A DNA stretch of 64,000 nt from an uncultured Acidobacteriota bacterium (GTDB taxonomy: Bacteria; Acidobacteriota; Thermoanaerobaculia; Multivoradales; UBA5704). Where the stretch lies: contig OY969474.1 of the NCBI GenBank assembly GCA_963700145.1, forward strand, positions 4,384,001 to 4,448,000, given 5' to 3'. The notes below the pieces were generated by a model. It was not told where the DNA came from. It ran no database searches and was given only the letters and a program-made list of their open reading frames with translations. Both the position numbers and the translations under genes were made by a program. Each line of letters begins with the position of its first letter. Position 1 is the first letter of the stretch. This document shows, in pieces, positions 18,953 to 28,602 of this stretch.

Positions 18953-20112
18953 AGCCGGGCCTCCTGCAGCCATTCTAAAGGCGCCCCTCCACCCGCGGCG
19001 GCTCGCTCGATCAGCTCCGCCCAAGCGGGAGCCAGGCGCTCCCAGGCATGTCGCTCGGCAACCTCGCGGGCGCGTTCGCCAAGCGCAGCCGCGAGTGCGG
19101 GGTCAGCGAGCAGACGCTTGACGGCGCACGCCAGCGCCGTCGCGTCGCACGGTGGTACGAAGAGGACGCTCTCGCCATCGCGCAGCAGGTCCGGCGCCGC
19201 ACCGACCGGTGTCGTCACGATGGGCAGTGCAGCCGCCATCGCCTCGAGTAGCGCGACACTCGATCCCTCGGCAAGAGTTGGAAAAACGAAGAGGTCGGCC
19301 GCCCGCAGCTCCTCCACCACGCGCTCTCGTCCCACCGAGGCGACCACGGCCACGCGACTTCGGATCGCCTCGGGAAATGAGGCGAGCACTGCCTCGGGCT
19401 GCTTCTGCGTTCCGACGCAGACGAGCTCCAATTCCGGACACTCGGCTGCGAGTGCGGTGAAGGCCTCGACCAAGTACCGCACGCCCTTCCCGTCTAACCA
19501 CTGACCGAGAAAGAGCAGGCGCCGCAGTGAGAGGCGGCCGGACCGCTTCACAAACGCCTCGGAGGGCGCGGCGTTACGGACAACGACGACTTTCTCCGGG
19601 GATCCCCAGCCGCGCGCTAGAAGCGCCGCCCGCTCCCTCGTGTTCAGGCAGGCGATCAGCTCCGACCGGCGGCAGGCCAAGCGGAGGAGAAGCGGCATCA
19701 CGCTCTCTTGGAACAGCCGGAAGCGGAAGCGGAACGGCTGGCCGATGCGTGCCATTTCCGTTCGCATGGCCCGATAGTGGAGGGGCTCCAGCCCATGGAA
19801 CTGGGTAATTGCGCGCATACCGGCGAGGCGCGGGTCGAAGCGCCGCGCGAGAAGCGCCGCCCAGCCGGAGAAGGAGTGAAAGACGACTAGGTCCGGCCGC
19901 TCCCCGGCGCGCCTAAGGCTCCGCGCCACGGCGAGCGGGAAGAGGATCGGCCGCCAGCGGAACGCCTTTCCGGCGAGAGTAGGACAGTCCTCAGGTGCCA
20001 GCACCTCGGTTCGGTGGCCGCGCGATTCCAGGAATTCCGCGCGCTGGCGCGTCCAAGCGTAGACGGCTGTGCGTGGATCCTTGGATGTGTGAATCACGAA
20101 CAGGACTTTCAT
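18949..20112 (-). CDS. GT4 glycosyltransferase
   Basis: LFLGQWLDGKG, ADLFVFPTLAEGSSVALLEAMAAALPIV. Confidence 0.85.
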   Translation of the reverse strand: MKVLFVIHTSKDPRTAVYAWTRQRAEFLESRGHRTEVLAPEDCPTLAGKAFRWRPILFPLAVARSLRRAGERPDLVVFHSFSGWAALLARRFDPRLAGMRAITQFHGLEPLHYRAMRTEMARIGQPFRFRFRLFQESVMPLLLRLACRRSELIACLNTRERAALLARGWGSPEKVVVVRNAAPSEAFVKRSGRLSLRRLLFLGQWLDGKGVRYLVEAFTALAAECPELELVCVGTQKQPEAVLASFPEAIRSRVAVVASVGRERVVEELRAADLFVFPTLAEGSSVALLEAMAAALPIVTTPVGAAPDLLRDGESVLFVPPCDATALACAVKRLLADPALAAALGERAREVAERHAWERLAPAWAELIERAAAGGGAPLEWLQEARL

Positions 20113-21188
20113 CGCGCGCCCCTGATCGGGACTGCCGCCTCGTAGGCCTCCGCGATCCGCGCCCAATGGAAGCGCCGGTAATAACCGTTCAGGTCAGAAG
20201 CTGCTCGTGCAAGGTAAGGTTCTGCCGGGGGTGGAAAAGGACGCAGCGTGTCGGGGAATGCCGGCCGAAGGTCGGGGACACCCCCAGCCTCCGTTGCGAA
20301 GACCGTCATGCCCGACTCGAGCATTTCGTTGAGCGACAGACCCCAGCCCTCGACGTCGCTGGTGAAGACGCCGGCGTCGTGGCTGGCGAGAAGGGGCGAC
20401 AGTTGTTCGCGGCCGAAGGACTCGACGATGCGAATGCGGCCTGTGGCGAGGAGCTCGCGTGGTAGATCGTGCGCTGCGCCTACGCCGCAGCCGGCGACAG
20501 TGAACGTGTCGCGTGGCGCGAGCGCGGCGCGCTCTGTAATCCAGGCGACCAGGCGGCGAGTCCCCTTTTGTGGGACCCAACGGCCGATCCAAAGGAAACG
20601 AACGCTGGCACCGCCTGGCGTCGGGCGCCCCGCGCGCACGGCGGCAAGCGTCGCCTGCTCCTCCTGGGCGAGAGCATTGACGTAGAGATCGAGCCGCGAG
20701 CGTGTCCAAGGAAAGTTGGCGCGCATCCACTCCAGCTCGAGAGTGCCGAGGCAGAGAATCAGGCGAGCGCGCCGCCAACCGGCGAGGATCGCCCCGCACA
20801 CCGCGAGGTCGGCTGCGGTGTGAGCGGCGCCTCTGAGTGCGCCCCGCGGTAGATGGCGAACCTGTTCTGCCACTGCGTGGCCGAAGTAGCGAAGATCCGG
20901 CTGCACGCTACGAGCGATTGCCGGCGCAGCGGCCGCCACTCGGCGAGAGAGCGAAACGGCCGGCAAATCGATGGCGTCGAAGCGCGAGGCAGCGGCCAGA
21001 TATTCCTCCAAGCGCCTCCTCTGCCAGCGCCAGCGGTTCCACCATCGGGTTTCCCGGGGAAGGGGCTCGGGACTCCAGGTCACCACGTCGTGGCCGCGGG
21101 CGCGAAGCGCCGCGGCGAGGTTCAAGGCCATCTGCGCTGCACCGTACTCCGGAGAGAGGGGCGGGTGGGTGACGACGAGGAGCCTCAC
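20109..21188 (-). CDS. GT4 glycosyltransferase
   Basis: FLWIGRWVPQKG, FTSDVEGWGLSLNEMLESG. Confidence 0.85.
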   Translation of the reverse strand: MRLLVVTHPPLSPEYGAAQMALNLAAALRARGHDVVTWSPEPLPRETRWWNRWRWQRRRLEEYLAAASRFDAIDLPAVSLSRRVAAAAPAIARSVQPDLRYFGHAVAEQVRHLPRGALRGAAHTAADLAVCGAILAGWRRARLILCLGTLELEWMRANFPWTRSRLDLYVNALAQEEQATLAAVRAGRPTPGGASVRFLWIGRWVPQKGTRRLVAWITERAALAPRDTFTVAGCGVGAAHDLPRELLATGRIRIVESFGREQLSPLLASHDAGVFTSDVEGWGLSLNEMLESGMTVFATEAGGVPDLRPAFPDTLRPFPPPAEPYLARAASDLNGYYRRFHWARIAEAYEAAVPIRGAR

Positions 21189-22261
21189 GTCGTCTCCTTG
21201 CCGTTGGCGTTGAAGCTCTCGTAGGCGTCGAAGCAGCGTTCAACAACCCGGTTCCAGGTGAATTCGTCTTCTACGCGCATGCGCGCGCCCTGCGCGAGGC
21301 GGCGCCAGAGGTTTGCGTCGGAAGCAAGGCGGGAGAGCGCAGCGGAGATGGCCGCTGGGGCGTTCGGCGGCACCAGCAAGCCGCTCGTTTCGTGCTCGAC
21401 GATCTCAGGAAGCGAGGCGACGTTGGACACTACCGCCGGGCAGCCGCAAGCCATTGCCTCGACAAGGGCGAGGCCGAAAAGCTCGTGAGACCCGGCGTCA
21501 CCGTTGGAGGTGGTTGGTGTGGGATGGACGAGGGCCATCGCTCGCTGGAGATACGACAGCACCTCCCCGTCGGCGAGGCCGAGGTGGAAGCGAACATCTT
21601 TGCCCTCGGCGAGGGTTTTCAGGCGTGTCAGGTAGGCCGCGTCGGGTGCCGAGCCGAGGAGGTGGAGCGTCACACCCGCGGGCAAAGCCTCGATCAGCAG
21701 GTGCACGCCCTTGTGGGCCAGGAGGCGGCCCAGAAACAGCAGCGACCCATCGTGCGCGAGCTCAGACCGCATCGGATAGCGCTTCAGGTCGACGCCGCCG
21801 TAGATCACCCGGTGGCGCCGGTGGCGTCCTGGGAGGGCACGAGCCGCGTAGCGCGAGATCGGCAGATGCGCCGCGATCCAACGCGATTGGTCGATCTGAT
21901 AGCCGGGAGTCCAGCTGCCGCCGCCGAGGTCGGAGACGAAGACGCGGCTGCCGCGCAGCCTGCCGGCGAGGGCGGCGAGGAAGGTGGGGAGGACGAAGTA
22001 CTGATGGCAATGGATGACGTCGGCACCGGCCAGCTCGCGGAAGAGCGCGGCCGAGATCGGCGCGCGCGACCAGCTCTTCAGGATCACCCGCTCGTAGTGC
22101 GGCGCCGGGCGTTCGCGGAAAGCGCGCCGGCCGAAGCTCACGAGCTTGACCTCGGCGCGCGCAGCCATTGCGCGCGACAGCTCCTCGGCGAAGCGCTCGC
22201 CGCCGCCGAGGATCGACTCCGGGGCGAAATAGGTCGGGCTCACGTGGCAGACGCGGAGCAC
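21185..22261 (-). CDS. GT4 glycosyltransferase
   Basis: GGGERFAEEL, IYGGVD, FLGRLLAHKG, ELFGLALVEAMACGCP. Confidence 0.85.
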   Translation of the reverse strand: MLRVCHVSPTYFAPESILGGGERFAEELSRAMAARAEVKLVSFGRRAFRERPAPHYERVILKSWSRAPISAALFRELAGADVIHCHQYFVLPTFLAALAGRLRGSRVFVSDLGGGSWTPGYQIDQSRWIAAHLPISRYAARALPGRHRRHRVIYGGVDLKRYPMRSELAHDGSLLFLGRLLAHKGVHLLIEALPAGVTLHLLGSAPDAAYLTRLKTLAEGKDVRFHLGLADGEVLSYLQRAMALVHPTPTTSNGDAGSHELFGLALVEAMACGCPAVVSNVASLPEIVEHETSGLLVPPNAPAAISAALSRLASDANLWRRLAQGARMRVEDEFTWNRVVERCFDAYESFNANGKETT

Positions 22262-22266
22262 GCCGG

Positions 22267-22863
22267 CTAACCTTCCCGGCCGACCTTGACGGCCCGCAGC
22301 TTGAAGATCAGGAACCACGCGGGATAGAGCCAGGCGAAGCGTTGCTCGTAGCGGGCCGGTTGCCGATTCGCCCAGCGCGCGACCAGCCGATCGAGCACGC
22401 CGTTGTGAAAGGCGATCAGGCGCTCCTCGATCGTGAATCGCGCGGGCGAGTAGAAGCTCCACGGCGAGGCGTCGTCGGCGAAGTAGTCGAACGAGAAGTA
22501 GCCGAAGTGGTGCTTGTGGGTGGGGTCGGTGAAGGCGTTGGGGCTCGAGAAGTGGGGCGTGGTGATCTCGAGGACCCCTCCCGGAGCGAGCAGCGCGTGG
22601 ATCTCTTCCATGAAGGCCGGGATGTCGTCGAGGTGCTCGACGACGTCGCCGGCGTAGACCCGTTCGAAGTGGTACCGCGGCAGCGGGTAGGGGTGGACGT
22701 TCAGGTCCCACACCAGGTCCGGCGCGACCGCCGGCCGGAGGTCCACGTTGAGGCAGTGCGCACGCTTCTGCCGCCCGCACCCGAGGTTGAGCTCGGGCGG
22801 GACGTCGCGCTCGCCCACCGCGGCCGGCGCCGGCCGCTCGGCCGGCTCGACGCTCAGGCCCAT
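22267..22863 (-). CDS. Class I SAM-dependent methyltransferase (type 11-like)
   Basis: LNLGCG, VVEHL, LLAPGGVLEITTPH, DPTH. Confidence 0.8.
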   Translation of the reverse strand: MGLSVEPAERPAPAAVGERDVPPELNLGCGRQKRAHCLNVDLRPAVAPDLVWDLNVHPYPLPRYHFERVYAGDVVEHLDDIPAFMEEIHALLAPGGVLEITTPHFSSPNAFTDPTHKHHFGYFSFDYFADDASPWSFYSPARFTIEERLIAFHNGVLDRLVARWANRQPARYEQRFAWLYPAWFLIFKLRAVKVGREG

Positions 22864-24161
22864 CGCACCCACTCCGGCCGCAGCAGGCCGGTGCCGGTGA
22901 CCGCGAGCTGGAGCGCCAGCCCCATCGCGGCGCTCGCGGTGCCGAAGAGGAGCACTCCGGCCGTGGTGCCGAGCGGCAGGAGCGCCACCAGGAGCGCCTG
23001 GAAAGCGACGAGCACGACGACGGCCAGGCCGTGCAGCCGCGTCCAGGAGCGCTGGAGGTTCACGCCGACGGCATAGCCGCCGAGGAGCGTCAGTCCCGCT
23101 GCCGCCACGACCAGCAGCAGCTCGCGGTCGAGGTCGGCGTAGCGTCCGCCCAGGAGCCAGAGGAAGGGGCGGGGCGCCGCCCAGGCGGTGGCGAACAGCG
23201 CCAGCGCCACCGCCGCGAGGAGACTCCCGAACTGGAGGTAGCGCCGGAAATAGAGCCGCTCGTCGGCGATCCGCGCCAGCCGCGGCAGGAAGACGATGCC
23301 AGTCAGCCCGGAGAAGAGTCCGACGATCAGGCCTAGCCGCCCGAGCGCGCCGACCTCGGCGATCGTGCGCGCCTGGCCGAAGGCGGCGGCGAGCCAGACC
23401 ACGAGCGGTGCCTGGAAGGCGAAGTAGAAGGCGCTCGGCAGGGTCGGGAGGAGGAAGCGGAGGACGCGCTTGCGGTAAGGGGCGAGAGGCCCAGCGGGCG
23501 CAGCCTGCGCTTCCCGGGGCTTGGCTCCGGCGGCCAGCCGCACGACCAGGGCGGTGCCGGCGGCGGTGGCGAGGATCGCGAGCCAGGCCTCGAGCCAGGC
23601 GAGGACCACGAGGAGAGCGGTCACCCCGAGCCGCAGCAGGGCGCCGGCCAGCTCCGCGCGATAAGAGCGGCCGTAGCGGTCCTCCAAGCGCAGCATGAGG
23701 AGGCGCAGCGAGGAGTCGATCTGGAACCAGACGCAGAGCAGGATGCCGGCGACGACCGGCAGCGACTCACGCGCACCGAACCCCTCGGCCGCCGCCGCCG
23801 CGGGAAAGACGGCGACGACCGCCAGTGCGCCGAGCAGGAAGGCGCCGCGGCGCAGCGACAGGACCGCATGGCGGTAGGGCTCGAACGCCGCGCCCCCCTG
23901 CTCGCGGTGGAAGAAGTGGAGGAGCGACCCGGTGCTCCCCAGGTCGGTGAGGAAGGTGAACATCCCGACGACCGAGACCGCCAGGGTGTAGAGCGCGAAC
24001 TCGCGCACCGGCAGCGCCCGCACCAGCAGGAGCCCGGCGGCGATTCCCGCCAGCTGAGTCACCGTTTGCGTCGAGAAGTACGCCGCGAAGATGCCGCTCC
24101 AGCGCTTGGCGCGTGCGAAGCGACTGGCCGGGACGACGGCGACCGTGGCGGCGTCCATCAC
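22854..24161 (-). CDS. Oligosaccharide flippase (Wzx-like)
   Basis: Highly hydrophobic; LLVRAL..EFALYTLA..F..LTDLG N-terminal flippase pattern; context. Confidence 0.7.
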   Translation of the reverse strand: MMDAATVAVVPASRFARAKRWSGIFAAYFSTQTVTQLAGIAAGLLLVRALPVREFALYTLAVSVVGMFTFLTDLGSTGSLLHFFHREQGGAAFEPYRHAVLSLRRGAFLLGALAVVAVFPAAAAAEGFGARESLPVVAGILLCVWFQIDSSLRLLMLRLEDRYGRSYRAELAGALLRLGVTALLVVLAWLEAWLAILATAAGTALVVRLAAGAKPREAQAAPAGPLAPYRKRVLRFLLPTLPSAFYFAFQAPLVVWLAAAFGQARTIAEVGALGRLGLIVGLFSGLTGIVFLPRLARIADERLYFRRYLQFGSLLAAVALALFATAWAAPRPFLWLLGGRYADLDRELLLVVAAAGLTLLGGYAVGVNLQRSWTRLHGLAVVVLVAFQALLVALLPLGTTAGVLLFGTASAAMGLALQLAVTGTGLLRPEWVRWA

Positions 24162-25987
24162 GCCGCCCTTCCCGCGCCGGCCGCCAGCTCGACCCCGTGC
24201 TCCGCCAGCACCCGCAGCGCCACCTGGCGCGACTGCGCGCCCAGGCCCTGCGGCGCCGCCGGCCCCTCGCCGCCGGCGGCCAGCCAGGGGACGACCGGCA
24301 CGTAGAAGCCGGTCTTGGCGCGGTCGAAGACCGCCTCCGGCAGCTCTGGTGCGGCGTGCCGCACCAGCTCCCGCTTGCCCGACGAGCGCGCCGGCTCGAA
24401 GCCAAGCGCGGCGAAGCGTGCGAGGAGCCAGGCGTCCACCAGCGGCACCCGCAGCTCCAGCGAGTGGGCCATCGCCGCCCAGTCGGCGTCGCGCAGGAGC
24501 TGGTTGCGCAGGTAGTGCCTGGTTTCCAGGCGCTGCACCGCGAGCCAGGCTTCCGCGCCGCCGGGAAAGTGGCCATTTCCCGCGGCGAGGTTGCGCGCCG
24601 CGTCGGCGACCGGGTCGTAGGCCGCGAGCCCTTCGGCCGCCGCGTCGGCGCCGAGCAGCGCCGGCAGCTCCTCGGGGAGGAAGAGGCCGCGGCGGAGGAA
24701 GTAGGCGCCGGGCAGCGTGCCGCCGTGGCGGAGCGCGCCCGCGAGCTTCGGCCGCTCGGCGAAGGCGCGCCGCGCGACGGCGGGCCAGAGCGACGGAAGG
24801 CCCGGCACGCGGCGGGCGCGTCGCGCCTGCCGCTGGAGGCGCGGCACGTCGGCGAACGACGGGTAGCCGCCGAAGAGCTCGTCGCCGCCGAGGCCGGAGA
24901 GGGCCACCTTGATCCCCGCCTCGTGCGCCGCCTTGCTCACCAGGAAGACGTTGAAGCCGTCGATCGCCGGCTGGTCCATGGCGTCGAGCGCCGCCGGCCA
25001 GAGGTCGAGGAAGTCCTCCCGCCGCACGGTGCGCTCGACGTGGTGGGTGCCGAGCCGGCGCGCCACCGCGGCGGCCAGCGGCCCCTCGTCGCGCTCCGTG
25101 CCGGCCAGGACGTCGAAGCGGAGGGTGAAGGTGGTCGGCGGCTCGGGCGCGGCGCGGGATGCGAGGGCCGCGACGAGCGTCGAGTCGAGCCCGGCCGAGA
25201 GGAAGACGGCGACCGGCACGTCCGAGACGAGATGGGCGCGGACGGAATCGGCGAGCGCCGCGGCGGCGTCGCCCGCTCCGTCCGCCTCGGGCTGCGGAGC
25301 CGGCTCGACGGCGAAGGGCGCCGGCGCCTCGATCCGCCCGTCGCGCACCAGCAGGCGGTGGCCGGCCGGCAGCGCGCGCACGCCGCGGCGGATCGTCCAG
25401 GGCTCCGGCACCGAGCCCCAGAGCAGGAACCCGGCGAGCCCCGCCGGCTCGACGGCGCGCGACACCGCGCCGCCGGCCTCGAGCGCCTTGACCTGCGAGG
25501 CGAAGCGCAGGACGCCGTCCTCGACGGCGTAGTAGAGGGGCTTCACCCCCAGCGGGTCGCGGGCGAGGAGGAGGGTCTGCTCCGCCTCGTCCCAGAGGGC
25601 CAGCCCGAACATGCCGCGCAGGCGGCGCAGCATCGCCGCCCCCTCGCGGGCGTAGAGCGTGAGCAGCACCTCGGTGTCGCTGTGCGAGCGGAAGCGCCGG
25701 CCCTCACGCTCGAGCGCCGCGCGCAGCTCGCGGAAGTTGTAGATCTCGCCGTTCAGGACCGCGTGCAGGCGGCCGTCGGCCGAGGCCATGGGCTGATCGC
25801 CGGCGGCCGAGAGGTCGAGGATGGCGAGGCGCCGGCTGGCCAGGGCGGCGCGGCCGTCGGGTGAGACCCAGTCGCCGGCGCCGTCCGGCCCGCGCGCCGC
25901 CATCCGCTCGCGCGTGCGCAGCAGCTCGTCACGGTCGAGCGGCGGCGCCGCGGGGGAGAGGCGGAGGAGGCCGTTGATGCCGCACAC
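24158..25987 (-). CDS. asnB: Asparagine synthase (glutamine-hydrolysing)-family amidotransferase
   Basis: MCGING (Ntn Cys1), RGPD, RRLAILDLS, NGEIYNF, RDPLGVKPLYY, LSAGLDS, SGLGGDE, MAHSLELRVP. Confidence 0.9.
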   Translation of the reverse strand: MCGINGLLRLSPAAPPLDRDELLRTRERMAARGPDGAGDWVSPDGRAALASRRLAILDLSAAGDQPMASADGRLHAVLNGEIYNFRELRAALEREGRRFRSHSDTEVLLTLYAREGAAMLRRLRGMFGLALWDEAEQTLLLARDPLGVKPLYYAVEDGVLRFASQVKALEAGGAVSRAVEPAGLAGFLLWGSVPEPWTIRRGVRALPAGHRLLVRDGRIEAPAPFAVEPAPQPEADGAGDAAAALADSVRAHLVSDVPVAVFLSAGLDSTLVAALASRAAPEPPTTFTLRFDVLAGTERDEGPLAAAVARRLGTHHVERTVRREDFLDLWPAALDAMDQPAIDGFNVFLVSKAAHEAGIKVALSGLGGDELFGGYPSFADVPRLQRQARRARRVPGLPSLWPAVARRAFAERPKLAGALRHGGTLPGAYFLRRGLFLPEELPALLGADAAAEGLAAYDPVADAARNLAAGNGHFPGGAEAWLAVQRLETRHYLRNQLLRDADWAAMAHSLELRVPLVDAWLLARFAALGFEPARSSGKRELVRHAAPELPEAVFDRAKTGFYVPVVPWLAAGGEGPAAPQGLGAQSRQVALRVLAEHGVELAAGAGRAA

Positions 25988-25989
25988 GG

Positions 25990-27144
25990 TCAGGCGGCCC
26001 CGGTGAGGAGTTCGAGGTGCGGCGCCAGGCGCTCGCGGAAGCGCTCGGCGGTGAAGTCGCGGAGGAAGCGGCGCCGGCCGGCCTCGCCGAGTCGCTGCGC
26101 CAGGTCCGGCTCGGCGAGGAGGCGCGCCAGCGCCGCGGCCAGCTCCGCCGTGTCGTCCGCGGCGACGAGGAAGCCGGTCTCGCCGTCGACGACCACCTCT
26201 TCAGCGGCGCCGCCGCGCGCCGCGACGCAGGGCTTGCCGGCGCGCATCGCTTCCAGGTAGACGAGCCCGAACCCCTCGCCGCGGCTGGGCATGGCGAAGA
26301 CCGCGCAGCGGCGGTACAGCTCGGCGAGCGTCGCCTCGCCGACGAAGCCGGTGAAGGTCACCCGCTCGCCCAGCCCCAGCGCCGCGGCGCGCGCCTCGAG
26401 TCGCGGCCGGTCCGCGCCCTCGCCGGCGACGACGAGGCGGGCGCCGGGGACCGCGGCGAGGGCGGCCAGCAACTCGTCGTGCCCCTTGTAGCGCTCGCGC
26501 GGGTCCATCCGCCCGACGATCAGGACGTACCCCTCGCCGAGCCGTGCCGCAAGCGCGCGGTCGACGGGTCCGGCCGGCGCGCGGTCGGAAAGCGCCAGCG
26601 GCACGACCCGCGCCCGCTCGAGGCCGGGGCAGAAGGGGCGGGCGCGCTCGAGGGTGTGGCGCGAGATGGCCAGCACGGCCGTGGCGCCGCGGACGGCGCG
26701 GGCGCGGTCCCAGGAGAGACGGCGCCAGGCCTCGATGCCGAGGAGGACGAGGAGGTAGGGGGCGCGCAGCGGTGCCGGCAGGACCGCCTGGAGGCGGGCC
26801 GGGCCGAGGAGGTCGAAGACGTAGGCCTCGTGGCGGCGGCGGAGCTGGCCGCGCCAGGCGGCGCCGGCCAGCGCCAGGGGGCGGCCGGCGAAGCCGCGGG
26901 AGGGCGTCCCGGGGGGCCCTTCGCCGCGTAGCGCCAGCACCCGGAAGCCGGTGCCTTGCTGCCGCGCGAAGGCGGCGCAGGCGTCGGCCAGGAGGCGCCC
27001 GGCCGCGGCCCGCCCGCCGCCGTCGGGCTCGAGGCCGGCCGAGACCAAGACCAGGTCGCGGCGGCGGGGCGCGGAGACGGACCAGGGCACCGTCGATGCG
27101 GGTTCGGGATGCGGCACGATGCGGGACGTCGAAGCCGTGGTCAA
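25990..27144 (-). CDS. GT4 glycosyltransferase
   Basis: VGRMDPRERYKGHD, FAMPSRGEGFGLVYLEAMRAGKP. Confidence 0.9.
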   Translation of the reverse strand: MTTASTSRIVPHPEPASTVPWSVSAPRRRDLVLVSAGLEPDGGGRAAAGRLLADACAAFARQQGTGFRVLALRGEGPPGTPSRGFAGRPLALAGAAWRGQLRRRHEAYVFDLLGPARLQAVLPAPLRAPYLLVLLGIEAWRRLSWDRARAVRGATAVLAISRHTLERARPFCPGLERARVVPLALSDRAPAGPVDRALAARLGEGYVLIVGRMDPRERYKGHDELLAALAAVPGARLVVAGEGADRPRLEARAAALGLGERVTFTGFVGEATLAELYRRCAVFAMPSRGEGFGLVYLEAMRAGKPCVAARGGAAEEVVVDGETGFLVAADDTAELAAALARLLAEPDLAQRLGEAGRRRFLRDFTAERFRERLAPHLELLTGAA

Positions 27145-27179
27145 CTTCTAGGCGGACAAGGAGTTCGGGGACGCGGCGG

Positions 27180-27208
27180 ATTCTCGCAGAAGTGGCGCGA
27201 GGAAGCAA
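27180..27208 (-). promoter_or_regulatory. Candidate sigma70 promoter for the glycosyltransferase operon
   Basis: Minus strand TTGCTT-17 bp-GAGAAT, with TG just upstream of the -10. Confidence 0.35.
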
Positions 27209-27237
27209 TCCGGCGAGCGGCCTGGCGGCCGCGCGCG

Positions 27238-28587
27238 TCAGTCCTGCGCGACGAAGGCGGGGGTCGCGGCCTCGGGGCCGGCGGCGGCACGGCGGGAAGC
27301 CTCGCGCAGCAGCTCCAGGGCGGCGTGGCCGTCGTGCGCGATGCGGGCGAGCTGGGAGAGCGAAGCGAGCAGCTCGCGGCCCCAACCGAGGGACTGGAAG
27401 ATGGGGATCGCCTCGCTCACCAGGCGCACCGCGCCGGCGACGCTGCCCAGGCCCAGGCAGACGGTCGCCAGGTCGAGCGAGATCACGGCCGATTCCATGG
27501 CCAGGCCGCGCGCCAGGAAACCTTCGCGGACCGCCTGCAGGTGCGCCTCGGCCGCGGCGAGCTCGCCCAGCTCGCGGTCGATCAGGCCGCGCGTCCAGCG
27601 CCAGCGCAGGAGGGCCAGCGCGTCGTCGGAGGCGGCGAAGAGCGGCGCCCCCTCGCGCCACAGGGCGTCGGCCCGCTCGGGCTGCCCGAGGTCGGTGTAG
27701 CAGCGGACCAGGTTGATGGTCGCCGCCTGCATCAGGTCCAGGTGCTGCGCGGGGTCGAGCACTTCGAGGCAGGGGCGGAGGGAGCGGACCGCCCCTTCCG
27801 GGTCGCCGGCGGCGATCTGGATGATGCTCTGCGTGATCAGCGTCGCCGCCTCTTCGACCGGGTCCCCGAGGTCGCGGTAGATGGCGGCGGCCCGCTGCAG
27901 CAGCTCGAACGCCTCCTGGAACTGGCGCCGGAGGCGGCGCAACGAGGCGAGCTGGCGGTAGAGCCTGGCCCGCAGGACCTGGTCGCCGCTCCCTTCGTCG
28001 AGGTGATGGCAGGCGACCGCGAAGGCGTCCTCGGCCTCGAGCGGCTCGCTGCGCACCCGGTGCGCGGTCCCGAGCTGCGACCAGGCGCGGGCGAGGTAGT
28101 CGTTGAGCTGCGCCTGCCGCTCGCGGCCGATGCCGCCCGCCCGGGCTGCGGCGGCCTCCGCGGCGGCGACCGCGAGGCGGGCGTAGGCCAGCATCTCGTC
28201 CGCGTCGCGCCAGCGGGCCTGGTGGCTGCGCTCGACGAACGCCGCCGAAAGGTCGGTCGAGGCGAAGGCCGGATCGTTGCGCACCTGCTCCTCCCGCTCG
28301 GCGGCCGGCAGCGCGTCCACCCGCTCGACGAGGGCACGGTGCTCACCGTGCCGGCGGGCCAGCTCGCGCAGCGCCGCGGCTTCGGCGCGCGCGAAAGCGC
28401 GGTCGTACGCGTTCTCCGCGGGGGCCTCCGCGCCGAAGCCCCAGACGTGCCGCCGGAACCAGGTGCGGCAGACCTCGCACTCGTCGACCAGGTGGCGCAG
28501 GACGTCGCGCCGTTCCTCGGGGGTCGTGCGGCCGGCGGCGAAGCGCCTGAGGACCGTCGGGGGGAGCACGTGCGGCTGGTCCGGCAT
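27238..28587 (-). CDS. TPR-repeat protein with N-terminal putative zinc-finger (ZAS/zf-HC2-like)
   Basis: N-terminal RHLVDECEVCR; helical repeats ARAWSQLGTAHR, EAFELLQRAAAIYRDLGD, RWRWTRGLI, SLDLA. Confidence 0.75.
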   Translation of the reverse strand: MPDQPHVLPPTVLRRFAAGRTTPEERRDVLRHLVDECEVCRTWFRRHVWGFGAEAPAENAYDRAFARAEAAALRELARRHGEHRALVERVDALPAAEREEQVRNDPAFASTDLSAAFVERSHQARWRDADEMLAYARLAVAAAEAAAARAGGIGRERQAQLNDYLARAWSQLGTAHRVRSEPLEAEDAFAVACHHLDEGSGDQVLRARLYRQLASLRRLRRQFQEAFELLQRAAAIYRDLGDPVEEAATLITQSIIQIAAGDPEGAVRSLRPCLEVLDPAQHLDLMQAATINLVRCYTDLGQPERADALWREGAPLFAASDDALALLRWRWTRGLIDRELGELAAAEAHLQAVREGFLARGLAMESAVISLDLATVCLGLGSVAGAVRLVSEAIPIFQSLGWGRELLASLSQLARIAHDGHAALELLREASRRAAAGPEAATPAFVAQD

Positions 28588-28602
28588 GACGGCGGGCGCT
28601 TC

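Noticed and set aside
24158-25987. asnB as a second lasso cyclase
   Set aside because: It keeps the MCG Ntn nucleophile and full glutaminase motifs, sits among GT genes and has no adjacent precursor or RRE
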